Of a DNA stretch of 37,622 nucleotides, positions 22,321 to 33,272 are shown one piece after another. The notes under the pieces are model-generated. The model was not told where the DNA came from. It saw only the letters and a list, made by a program, of their open reading frames with translations, and ran no database searches. The translations under genes were made by a program, and so were the position numbers. Within the stretch, counting starts at the first letter, position 1. The number at the start of each line of letters is the position of its first letter. Source of the DNA: Octopus bimaculoides (taxonomy: Eukaryota); assembly GCF_001194135.2 (NCBI RefSeq), contig NC_068984.1, forward strand, positions 78,692,492 through 78,730,113. Direction: 5' to 3'.

Positions 22321-24262
22321 GGTGATCATGGTATTAATCCCTAAAGGTTTATTAGTTCCTGCCAATATGCTTGAATTACACTATTCTACAAGGAATACTA
22401 CTGAAAATATAAAGAACGTTCACTATAACTAAAGTGTAAAAAAGGAATAACCACTGCCAGTTATAGTGTCAGGAGGGATCAGTGATAGATACAGAATAAA
22501 TAGGAACCACCACATTCAGCTACTGTGTAGAGATGTATCAGCGAAAAATGCAGTGTAAAGCGGGATCACAGATAATTAAAATGTTGTGAAGAATACTGAC
22601 AATAATATGAAGGGAGATCACTGTTTGCTATTCCATAAATTGGGATTAATGACAACGAAAGTGTAGTGAGAGATAGCAGTCGCCTACGATGCAGCAAAGT
22701 ATCGCTGATAGCTAGAATTTATGAAGGATCACTGTTAAAAGTTAAAAAATGAAGGAAGAATCACCCTTACGGTGTAAAGAGTTCCCGCTACTGATTTTAC
22801 AGTATAAAAAGAAATCGCTGGTATCCACAGTGCGAAGAAAGATCACTGACAATCATAGTGCAAAGAGGAATCCCTGATATATATATATCGGGATTACTGA
22901 CAACTACAGTCCACTTGATCATTTACCTATATTTTAACTATGCTTCATTGATAAGTACTGTGTAATTGATAAATTCAGTGAAAAAATGGAGCACAGTGAA
23001 CTACATTGTGAAAATGGAATACGTCTACCGATTATAATGTAGAGGCAGCATGGGTAACTAAAAGGGGATAATTAACAACTACTGTGAAAAGAGATGTCAT
23101 TGACAGTTATAGTGTCAAAAGCACCGACTGAAATATAATTATGAACAGTCTTATTTAATATGTTCGTGTACATTTGAACAAGGAAAGACGATACGATGCA
23201 CAAGCTGTTTCGAGAAAAGAAATTCTCCTTATAGACTATATGGGTGTAAACACACCGCTGGGTCTTGAATGAAGTTACCAGAGAATAGAAAACAAGAAAA
23301 GGGGAGATAATTTTCAAAAATATAAAATAATTTTACTAAGTTAATTCACGTACTAAGAAGATTTGATCTTTGTTTGCAGGTAAGAAGACAATTGAAGACA
23401 GGTTTTGGTGTTATTGAACCATATCAACACAGTAAACTAAAACTGGCTTTGAGCAATAAGCAATAATTTATTAAATTCCCTTACATCGTTTAAACATTTT
23501 AATCACAAGCACACGAACACACACCTTACAAGTCCGACGCGATCAATGTTTCACACTTCGTGCACACCCGAAGAATAAGACATTGTCTGTAAGTGTCTAT
23601 GAATTTCCGGGCTTGCAAAATAGAGTTGCAAAGATTTTTTACCAGCTTACCAGATGCATGAATTTAGATAAATAAGTTAATTAATAATGTAATGAATGAA
23701 TAATATGTACACTACCAAAAGAATCAAAATTGCAAAATAAATGGATTTCCCGTCAGAATAACAAAGCAAGCGAGACCAAAGAACCTCACCATATTGAAGA
23801 AGAAGAGCGTATGATTAGAACTGTAGGTTTAGAAAACTAATGCGGCTTGGGAGACAGATTAACATACACACAAAGCAAAACAAAACAAAACAAAAAAAAA
23901 CTCCACCATTTTGTAGTATGTTGTGGAAAATAGAACAGCCAGCCGGATTTCAGTTCCTCCAGAGAATGATAGACAATGTACTTCCAACTCCGGTTAATAT
24001 TAGATAATGAAACTGGGATGATTTGTTCCATTCAATTTGTTCTCTTAATTTGTTTATAGCGTCCAGCAACTAACCGTCACTCACCCATTCAACCACGAGT
24101 ATAGCTAGGTAACACGTACGAATTTTTCACCATTATTTCAAGTGCCTATGTAGTTTTGAGCAGCTTTAGATATCATAACGGCCTACTGCTATTTTGACGC
24201 TGCGAAATATCCACGATGTAACAGCCGGAATCAGAGAAGAGTGCAACAGTAACCGCTGCTAG

Positions 24263-24538
24263 TCATTTACAGCTGAGAAGACTGAAGAAACGTGAAACAA
24301 AATGCCTTGCTCAAGATCACAACCGTCTACTCGGTCCAGGTATCGAACTCGCCGAACAACCCTAACCACCAGGTTGTGCGTCTTCACATGGCGTTCTACG
24401 ATAGCTGAATTGGCTGGGGCAACATGAAATGAAGTGCCTTGCTCAAGTTCACAACCAGATACTCCGTCTAGGAATTGAACCGCCAGCCTTATGCTCATAC
24501 ACCGAACACGCCTAACCACTAAGCCACCTGTTTTCACA
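24263..24538 (-). mobile_element. Two tandem CORE-SINE head modules
   Basis: 24263-24388 and 24402-24538 each read AGCTGA..ACTG..GCAAC(G/A)TGAAA..GCCTTGCTCAAG..CACAACC...GAAC..CCTAACCAC...TTCACA. Confidence 0.7.
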
Positions 24539-24948
24539 TAGCTCCTTACCCCTCTCAAATATAGCAGACTATGTCTGTAATTTGTCCAACTCAAGCAACT
24601 GTTCTAGTTTGGGTGTTTACAAACACTGTAGGGAAACACGTCACCTGGATACATTCACACATATATAACAAAATAAAGAAAAGAAGAAAAGAAAAACCAA
24701 GACATACTGCTGTGGTAATCATAAATTTATTGTAATTTGGCCCTTGAATAAGCCTGAAAAACAAGTCCTGTAATCTAAGTCGTTCCAGCTAACAATGTGT
24801 ACGAGTGCTCGACCTACAGTAAATAACAGCGAAATCCTGCTCAAATTACATTCTAACCATCCTACATGTTATCTTTGTATGAAACAAGGAGATAGTCACG
24901 CTTTTGACCTTAGATTGACTTGGTCTCGGCTGATTTGTATCTAACCAT

Positions 24949-24982
<34 letters not shown>

Positions 24983-25292
24983 NNNNNNNNNNNNNNNNNN
25001 NNNNNNNNNNNNNNNNNNNNNNNNNNNNNNNNNNNNNNNNNNNNNNNNNNNNNNNNNNNNNNNNNNNNNNNNNNNNNNNNNNNNNNNNNNNNNNNNNNNN
25101 NNNNNNNNNNNNNNNNNNNNNNNNNNNNNNNNNNNNNNNNNNNNNNNNNNNNNNNNNNNNNNNNNNNNNNNNNNNNNNNNNNNNNNNNNNNNNNNNNNNN
25201 NNNNNNNNNNNNNNNNNNNNNNNNNNNNNNNNNNNNNNNNNNNNNNNNNNNNNNNATATATATATATATATACTTATCTTTATCATCACATA

Positions 25293-25585
25293 TGAAGGCA
25301 CCTGGCTCAGTGGTTAGCGTCTTGCCCTCATGATCGCTTGATCTAGCTTTCGATTCCGATACGTTGTGTTCTTGAACAAAGCACATCGTTTCATGGCGTT
25401 CCATTCCACTCAGCTGTAAATGGATAACTCTGCGATAGACTGACAACCCAATGAGGATCCATGTTGGCCTTCCCGCCTAGCCAATGTTGTAGCATTCATT
25501 GAAGGCTACAATACCATAAAGAAGCGCATTATGACTAGCGGCGTATAACTATATCCAATAGTCTAATCAATACTGTGAAACGGTA
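25293..25585 (+). mobile_element. SINE: tRNA head + CORE + alternative tail
   Basis: TGGCTCAGTGGTTAG A box, TTCGATTCC, GTTGTGTTCTTGAACAAAGCAC CORE-like block, then AACTCTGCGATAGACTGAC. Confidence 0.65.
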
Positions 25586-26550
25586 ATATCATCAGTTGGA
25601 TCTCATTTTCTTTTCTTTGATTTCAATAGTAATAAACTGGCCTATTGTAACAAAAAACAGTTTAATTTCAATATTATTACTATTGCAATATTTTCCATAT
25701 TAAAAAGTAAAAAAAAAATTAATCCTCTATATTTATTATCATCGATACTTACATGCATTTTGAGGGAAAAAAATAAAACGTTAAATGGAATTATTTCCCT
25801 TATTTTGGCTTTACTCATTCAAGGGAGGTAATTCCCTTTTGGTGAAACGATCAGTCATTAAATTTTGACTTGAGAGTTTAAAACTGCAAAGACTTACATA
25901 CATTCATAAATAGACTGACACTTAATTCATATAGTGCAAATATTCGAATGATTTAGATGTAGAATTGCAGGAGAGAATTATTACGAAACTAATTTAATAG
26001 TTACTTGATTTCAAGGGATATAACTCTAAGCATCTCTAAAATGTTGCTATCTAATTACCCCCCTTGTATTCCAGCTCTGCTATAATTTTACACAGCTTGT
26101 ATCCATTTTTAAAGCCGTAATTTTTTCTTTACCGACAGAGGCTCCTTCATTGATTTTCATTGTTGCTTTGTCAAAAGTCAACCTGTGTTAAGTATTTCTA
26201 TCATCAAAACGTTCCAACCATAAGCATCCCGTTCNNNNNNNNNNNNNNNNNNNNNNNNNNNNNNNNNNNNNNNNNNNNNNNNNNNNNNNNNNNNNNNNNN
26301 NNNNNNNNNNNNNNNNNNNNNNNNNNNNNNNNNNNNNNNNNNNNNNNNNNNNNNNNNNNNNNNNNNNNNNNNNNNNNNNNNNNNNNNNNNNNNNNNNNNN
26401 NNNNNNNNNNNNNNNNNNNNNNNNNNCCTATTTCCTCTCATTCTAAAGGCAGACGAATGTAATTTGAAGGAAATTTGGCTGTTATTGCTAGCTCTGCAAG
26501 CGACCACATTTAAGCTCTTGTATCTGTAATAATACAACGATCTCAAATTT

Positions 26551-26692
26551 TGGCATAATGGCAGTAATTTCGGGGAAGGGTGTAAGTCGATTACATCGAC
26601 CGTAGTGTTCAACTGGTACTTATTTTATCGACCCCGAAGGTATGAAAGGTAAGTCGGAATTTGAACTCGGAATGTAAAGACTAAACAAATGT
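26551..26692 (-). mobile_element. SINE type A variant fragment
   Basis: GTAAGTCGATTACATCGACC..CTGGTACTTATTTTATCGACCCCGAAGG..GGAATTTGAACTC. Confidence 0.75.
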
Positions 26693-26807
26693 CTCTGATC
26701 GTTTTTCCTGGCCTGCCATCGATTTTGCCTTATAATAATAATAATAATAATATAACATCAGTGTGCTCCAGTTGGTAAGTACTGATGCAATATCACAGAT
26801 GAAGAAA

Positions 26808-27020
26808 GGCGGTGAGCTTGGCAGAAACGTTAGCACGCCGGGCGAAATGCTCAGCGATATTTCGTCTGTCTTTATGTTCTGAGTACAAATTCCGCCGAGG
26901 TCAACTGTGCCTTTCATTCTTTCGGGGTCGATAAATCAAGTAGCAGGTTGCGTACTGGGGTCGATCTAATCGACTGGACCCCAAAATTTCGAGCCTTGTG
27001 TCTAGAGTAGAAAAAACTAT
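26808..27020 (+). mobile_element. SINE type A variant, near full length
   Basis: GGCGGTGAGCTTGGCAGAAACGTTAGCACG...GGGGTCGAT...GCCTTGTGTCTAGAGTAGAAA. Confidence 0.85.
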
Positions 27021-27193
27021 CATAGATGAAGAGCCGAGTGGTTGGGTGACTACTATATCTACTAAGTTTAGAGGTCTTGCGTTCAAATCTCGGTAAAAGC
27101 TGTTAATTGTCTATATAGAGATTAACCATTTTACGGCGGGGATTCATTCGGTTGCTTGAGCGCGGCAACGGTAACCGCGATTTAAAGCCTATA

Positions 27194-28095
27194 CTGGTCT
27201 ATCCCATAAATAATCCGGTTTCTTCAGTTGCATAAACTAAAAGTCGGAGTGGGACGGGATAAATTACCCGCATTAACTTGCTATAAAAGCAGGTAATAAT
27301 TCTATCTTTGTACTTACTCTTAGTGAAAGTTTTGAAGAGTGCAGTTCGATTGTAACAGTTATTTTTTCAAAGCTATAATGGAAGTGACAAAGGAGCATAT
27401 TCGGCATATTTTGCTTTTTGAGTTCAATAAAGGCAACGATGCAACGAAAAGTGCGAGGAATATTAATGCAGTATATGGGGATCAGAAAATAAGGGTAAGC
27501 CAGTGTCAACGGTGGTTCCAGAAATTCCGAGCCGAAAACTACTGCCTAGAAGATAAGCCTCGTCCTGGAAGATCTGTAGAGCTCGATGAGAACGTCCTGC
27601 AAACCCCAGTGGAACAAAATCCCATCGTAACTGTTAAAGAACTAGCAGAAAATCTTGGATTTGGTAATTCAATCAGTCATTCAAGTCAGCGCTAGAAGAA
27701 AAACTACCATCTTTGGTTTCAAGACGAAAGGTGTTCCATCAGGATAATGATCGGCCGCATACAGCGAGGATGACATTTCAAAGGCTGGAGCAGTTTGAAT
27801 GGGAAACGATGTCCCACCCACCATATTTGCCGGACACTGCCCTATCTAATTATCATTTGGACGGAAAAAATATGAATTCTGTAGATGAGGTCAGAACAGT
27901 TCTGGAAGAGTATTTTTTGTCATGGACAAGTTAATGTTAGAAGAGGTCCCCTGCAAGTCTACCAAATAGATGGAAGAGCATTGTAGAAAATGAATGAAAG
28001 AAAGTATATTTTAGATTAAAAAAGAACTTTGTTTATCTTAATTTTGAAAAATAAAAGAAGTATAAAAAAAACCGCATTAATTATAGATGATCCAA
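27194..28095 (+). mobile_element. Mariner (DD34D-type) element, internally deleted, transposase pseudogene
   Basis: TA-flanked imperfect TIRs CTGGTCTATCCCATAAATAATCCGGTTT / AAACCGCATTAATTATAGATGATCCAA. ATG 27378 gives MEVTKEHIRHILLFEFNKG...RWFQKFR...LEDKPRPGRS (mariner HTH). After a deletion: FHQDNDRPH...HPPYLPDTALSNYHL (decayed YSPDLAPSDYHL). Confidence 0.9.
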
Positions 28096-28297
28096 TACAT
28101 TGCGTGCGTAAATTTACGTCAACCGTTTTAAAAGGGTTAGATCATCCGTGTAAGGACGATAATTCGATATCTTAGTTAGCTGTAACATACATTAGGAATC
28201 AATGATGTTGTAGTTACTTGATACCTCCCAATCACTATCCTTCTCTGAAGACCTGTTTACCACCACAACCCACGCCACCCGACAATCGACTCTCCTG

Positions 28298-28300
<3 letters not shown>

Positions 28301-28334
<34 letters not shown>

Positions 28335-28349
28335 CAGCAGCAGCAGCAG
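28301..28349. repeat. Compound (CTA)n-(CAG)n microsatellite
   Basis: Direct read. Confidence 0.9.
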
Positions 28350-28811
28350 AAACGTACGCATGCACTCACTCACACGCATATACACACACACAAACGCACG
28401 CACTCATTCACACACATACACACACATACGTACATACATGCATACATACATAAATACACACACACGCACGCATATACCCCCCACACATATGTATACATAT
28501 ATATATGTAAAAAGGGTCGGTTCTATGGTACTTAATCAGAACATTTTATTTCCAGTCCAGAAAAAATTATATTATAGAAGGATGGTACATATAGAATGTA
28601 GAAACTCTTAAAAATGACTAAATTATATATAATGAAGATTTATTTGCATTCAGTATCGTACCTGATACAAAATTACGATTGCAATATTTGGTACCCTTTC
28701 TTGGATTTGTAAATTGCGCAGGAGAGTTACTTTTTCAGCATAGAAAAATACCACGTCAGATACGAGTATGATATAGGTAAACTTAAGACCAGACATTTTG
28801 GCATACATGCA

Positions 28812-29020
28812 TTTCTTTTATCCTTCCCTTGTTTCAGTCATTAAACTGCGGCCGTGCTGGGGCACCGCCTCGGAGAATTTTTGGTCGAACGAATCGAATT
28901 AAAGACTGGTACTTATTCTATCGGTATCTTTTGCCGAACCCGCCAATTTACAGGGACATAAGAAACTAACATCGGTTGTCAAGCGGTGAGGGGGGGGGGC
29001 AAATACAGACACAAACACAA

Positions 29021-29058
<38 letters not shown>

Positions 29059-29130
29059 ACACACATTGATGTATATATCCTGAACCATGTGGGTGGGAAG
29101 CAAACTTCTTACTACGCAGCCACGCCTTCA
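28812..29130 (-). mobile_element. SINE type C with internal deletion
   Basis: Tail TTGTTTCAGTCATT..GCGGCCGTGCTGGGGCACCGCC and head GAACCATGTGGGTGGGAAGCAAACTTCTTAC; the CORE part is missing. Confidence 0.8.
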
Positions 29131-30244
29131 TGTATATAATTTTCTAATGAATATTTCAGAAGTTCTACTAGTCTTGGTAAAGCATTCACAAGAAAACAAA
29201 ACAGTTCAGTTAAACTTGAAACAGCAAAATCAAACAGTGAACTATAATTAGGTTTTAGAGATTAGGTGGCGTTGCGATCTGGAAAAGCAGCGTTAAAGAA
29301 TATAAAGATTTTGCAGGCTAAAACTTCTATAAATTCAAAGTTTTCATAGACTTAAATTGCTATTAAATTTGATCAATAATATAAATACTATATTTTGACA
29401 GAAAATTTTCTGATGAAGTTTCAGAGGTAAAAGTTTCGTTTTAGTTCAAAAATTGGTAAATTTTCTTACACCAAATTTAAAATTTAGCTTTTACTTTAAT
29501 TTTAACTTAAATTTTGGAAAGAGTTCTTGCAGTAGGAATGTTTGGTTTACTTTTAAAAAATACTCAGAAAATAAAAAATTCAAGAAAATACTCCTAAAAA
29601 TATTAAGTTTGAACGTGTCGATGCCCGCTGAAAATATTCTTGCATCATATTTAGTTTTCTAATAAAAACATTTCAGATTTTAAAATTATTGAGCAATGTA
29701 GTTCCTAGAGCTACGTATATTACGTAATATCGAGAAAAATCTGTTTTATTTAGGAATGTGTAAAACAACTTAATTTAAAACAAAATTAGACTTTGGAAAT
29801 CTTTCTAATTTTTCCTGAATACCATTAAGTTCACTTGCTTTAACAGCAGCATTATTATATAGTTAAAAACAAACTTTCTTTTTATCATCAGCTCAGTACA
29901 TTTAGGTGATATAAAGCTAAATCAGAAACATCCTTAGCAATTTTGTCTTCACTAACGCTAGTAAATCCTAGAAATCATTCACAAAAATTTGCTCATTTCT
30001 CTCAGCGTAGCATACAGCAAATGAGACGGGAGATAACTTACGTGAGAACTCTTCTTTATTAAAATGGTGACACTTCCTGTAATCCCCTTTTTAATGCGTC
30101 ACTAAAGGACAGTAATAATTGAGTGGATTAGATTGCTCTGAATAATTGATGACAATCCCTTAGAGACATTAACAGTTATCAAATGATTTTGCAGCTTTTC
30201 GCCAAAATGAACGAGACAAAGATAACAATGTAGTTAGCAGTATT

Positions 30245-30294
30245 TTCAGATAACTTACTTTAATCTTGGCTACAATGAAAGTAAGTTATCTGAA
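30245..30294. other. Isolated perfect 17-bp inverted repeat (hairpin)
   Basis: TTCAGATAACTTACTTT (30245-30261) / AAAGTAAGTTATCTGAA (30278-30294), 16-nt loop with 2 further possible pairs. Confidence 0.9.
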
Positions 30295-30631
30295 TGAAAG
30301 TATTCACAATGAAAATAAGTACATGAGTCAATTAATTATTTCATTCATCCAAAGCATGTTATTCTAGTTAATCTTTTCAAGTTATCTCTGACTTATAAAA
30401 TTTCAGTATCGCTACTATAGTAAATGGTTTCTGCTTGCCAAGCGTTAATCAATTTCAAAGGTTTTCCAAATTGCTTAAAACGAACATACATATTCCTGAT
30501 AAATGGATTATTGACATTTCGTGACAAGCAATCTGTAGCAAGAAAGTTAATTTCGACACATCCTTTACGTGAACTTCCAGCTTATTATTCATTTATTTAT
30601 TTATTTATTTGTTTATTTATTTTTTGACAAT

Positions 30632-30829
30632 AGGTGCAGACCTAGCTGTGTGGTAAAAAGTTTGCTTCCCTTTCCAACCACATGGTTCCGGGTTCAGTCC
30701 CTCTGCGCGGGACCTTGGGCAAGTGTCTTCTGCTATAGCCTCAAGCCGACCAAAGTCTCGTGAGCTGATTTGGTTGACGGAATCTGAAAGAAGCGTGCCG
30801 TATATATATATATGTATTATATATATATA
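30632..30829 (+). mobile_element. SINE type C 5' half (runs into gap)
   Basis: AGCTGTGTGGTAAAAAGTTTGCTTCC..GGTTCCGGGTTCAGTCCC..CCTTGGGCAAGTGTCTTCT. Confidence 0.85.
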
Positions 30830-31019
30830 NNNNNNNNNNNNNNNNNNNNNNNNNNNNNNNNNNNNNNNNNNNNNNNNNNNNNNNNNNNNNNNNNNNNNNN
30901 NNNNNNNNNNNNNNNNNNNNNNNNNNNNNTAACGTATGTAGTATTTAATTCCATTTGTTTATCTATGTATTGTATTAAGCCTCTGGGCAAGGCAAACAGG
31001 TGTACGTATACATGAAATA

Positions 31020-31278
31020 GGTAATCTTCAAGTTTAGGGGGATAAAAAACATAAATAAAAATATTCAAGGGAAGTAACTGAACGTCTTACCAGTATTCTC
31101 CGTACATCTCTGTTTATAAATAAATCACACACGTAATTTGATTGACGTTAGGGTTAGGGTTAGGGTGTGATTTATTTATAAACAGCTAGAAGAAAACGGA
31201 TAATACTGGTAAGTCGTTCAGTTATTTCCCTTGAATATTTTTATTTATTTTTTTATCCCCCTAAACTTGAAGATTACC
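31020..31278. mobile_element. Mutator-like (MULE) foldback MITE, 259 bp, with (TTAGGG)3 in the spacer
   Basis: About 111-bp TIRs (31020-31130 / 31165-31278, about 90% identical by eye, starting GGTAATC). Perfect 9-bp TSD CATGAAATA (31011-31019, 31279-31287). TTAGGG x3 at 31148-31165. Confidence 0.85.
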
Positions 31279-32069
31279 CATGAAATAATAAGTAAACAAC
31301 AGAAAGGATCTTTCGCCTATCGGAACGAATTTAACATACAAAATAGAATTATATGATGGACAAACGCCTTTAAGCTATACAACAAAAAGGAGAATTATTA
31401 TACAATTACAATAACAATAAAAGAAGACAAACAAGGTCTTTCGGCTATCAGACGAGTGCAGTAAGTTAGCACAAGGAAAAGGAAAATGGAAAAGTCAGAA
31501 CAGACCGGGTGGCAGGAGAGAACAGATGCGAACGACCTCAAAGGCGGCCGGCCCAAAAAGGACGACAACGCCGGAACTGGGCAGTGATCATGTGATAGNN
31601 NNNNNNNNNNNNNNNNNNNNNNNNNNNNNNNNNNNNNNNNNNNNNNNNNNNNNNNNNNNNNNNNNNNNNNNNNNNNNNNNNNNNNNNNNNNNNNNNNNNN
31701 NNNNNNNNNNNNNNNNNNNNNNNNNNNNNNNNNNNNNNNNNNNNNNNNNNNNNNNNNNNNNNNNNNNNNNNNNNNNNNNNNNNNNNNNNNNNNNNNNNNN
31801 NNNNNNNNNNNNNNNNNNNNNNNNNNNNNNNNNNNNNNNNNNNNNNNNNNNNNNNNNNNNNNNNNNNNNNNNNNNNNNNNNNNNNNNNNNNNNNNNNNNN
31901 NNNNNNNNNNNNNNNNNNNNNNNNNNNNNNNNNNNNNNNNNNNNNNNNNNNNNNNNNNNNNNNNNNNNNNNNNNNNNNNNNNNNNNNNNNNNNNNNNNNN
32001 NNNNNNNNNNNNNNNNNNNNNNNNNNNNNNNNNNNNNNNNNNNNNNNNNNNNNNNNNNNNNNNNNNNNN

Positions 32070-32210
32070 TCTCGCTCCTATCTTTCTCGCTCCTCTCTCT
32101 CTTACTCCTCTCTCTTTTGCTCCTCTCTCTCTCTCTCGCTCCTCTCTCTCTCTCCTCTCTCTCTCGCTCCTCTCTCTCTCTCCTCTCTCTCTCGCTCCTC
32201 TCTCTCGTTC
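32070..32210. repeat. Compound GCTCC(TC)n pyrimidine-rich repeat
   Basis: Repeated CTCGCTCCTCTCTCT units next to a gap. Confidence 0.85.
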
Positions 32211-32940
32211 TGGTTTATAACAGAGCACATCACTGAAGGAATGGTACATGCATGGAGGAGGAACGAAAAAAGGAAAGATGCAAATAGAATAGAGAAAAGA
32301 GGAAGACAGGTTACAAAGAGGTGAGGAGAAGGAAGTAAAAGATAGAAGGGTTCACTTAACAGAAGGAGGGGGGATAAGATGGCCGAAATTTGGGAAAAGG
32401 ACATTCATAAGACAACACATGAACATATTTGCATTGTTTTTAGGTTAGATATTCTCCAAATGTATTGAAATTTGATATGGGCTGTTCACAAAGATGTTCA
32501 ACTTAAGTGTTTTATATTTGGTCATAGGTGCTATCAAGCATAGTAGGGGAATTATATTAGAAGATGAATGAAATATCCATAGTAACCATATTGTGATGTA
32601 GAGGTTGAGAAAGCTCTGATTAGCTCGGATATAAAATACTGATAGATTGGGAGATGTGAAGTTGAAATGAGATTAAAGTCAAGTTGAGTTATTTCAAGTC
32701 AAATAACATTGGAAGCTGGATATAGTTTCAGATTAAACTCATTAAAGGAGTTTTAAAAATTTAAACTATTAAATGGATTTCAGATTAAAATTTGAACTAA
32801 AGTTAAAATTTAAAAATTTAACATTGGAGCAAACTAAAGATTAAAAGAATTAAAGTATTTTACGAAATGGTAGGTAATACTAAAACAATAATTATGATGA
32901 TAATGATGATGATGATGATAACAGCAACAACACCAATAAC

Positions 32941-33130
32941 AATAATCTTTTCTACTATAGACACAAGGCCTGAAATTTTTGGGAAGGGGGCCAGTCGATT
33001 AGATCGACCCCAGTACTAAATTTATCGACCCCGAAATGATAAAAGGCAGAGTCGACCTTAGTGGAATTTGAAATCACTTAGCAACGGGCGAAATACCGCT
33101 AAGCATTTTATCCAGTGTGCTAAGCACTCT
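32941..33130 (-). mobile_element. SINE type A variant
   Basis: TTTCTACTATAGACACAAGGCC...GTCGATTAGATCGACCCCAG...ACCGCTAAGCATTT. Confidence 0.8.
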
Positions 33131-33185
33131 ATGTATGTATGTATGTATGTATGCATGTATGTATGTATGTATGTATGTATGTCAA

Positions 33186-33272
33186 ATTTGCATTTTTATC
33201 CTTTCGAGGTCGATAAATTAAGTTCCAGTGAAATACTGGGGTCGATGTAATCGACTAGTCCCTTTCCCCCAA
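33186..33272 (+). mobile_element. SINE type A variant, central fragment
   Basis: ATCCTTTCGAGGTCGATAAATTAAGTTCCAG..CTGGGGTCGATGTAATCGACT. Confidence 0.75.

Larger units (their letters stand above)
19351..23110. repeat. Highly degenerate ~28-bp tandem array interrupted by three insertions
   Basis: By-eye consensus CTACAGTGTAAAGAGGGATCACTGACAA. 28-nt units include ttatagtgtcaggagggatcagtgatag, atgcagtgtaaagcgggatcacagataa, ctacagtgcgacaagggattactgacaa, ctacgatgcagcaaagtatcgctgatag. Segments at about 19351-19760, 20198-20520, 20976-22097, 22330-23110; roughly 90 units (estimate). Confidence 0.85.

Noticed and set aside
19351-23110. 28-bp array as a CRISPR array
   Set aside because: Contiguous diverged units with no constant repeat plus unique spacer, no cas genes, eukaryotic context.
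19351-23110. 28-bp array as a C2H2 zinc-finger array (3 x 28 = 84 bp)
   Set aside because: No open frame, no Cys/His or TGEKPY pattern on either strand, many indels.
19351-23110. TACAGTG + 12 nt as a V(D)J RSS/Transib-like signal
   Set aside because: The consensus lacks the essential CAC start, the nonamer match is weak (about 5/9), and no RAG/Transib ORF is present.
28739-28776. 38-nt candidate micro-exon (TTTTTCAG|...ATAG|GTAAAC; one frame reads IEKYHVRYEYDI)
   Set aside because: Splice signals are plausible, but there are no partner exons or recognisable domain, and such matches occur by chance in AT-rich DNA.
29410-29440. Hammerhead core CTGATGA
   Set aside because: No stem II followed by GAAA downstream.
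29150-29900. Mitochondrial rRNA insertion (NUMT)
   Set aside because: Very AT-rich with a few 16S-like words (TTGCATCAT, AATAAAAACAT), but the conserved 16S blocks do not follow in order.
31148-31165. Real telomere or fusion scar
   Set aside because: Only three units, enclosed in a TSD-flanked foldback element.
31330-31598. GC-richer segment as an LTR
   Set aside because: No second LTR, PBS/PPT or TG..CA ends visible; cut by a gap.
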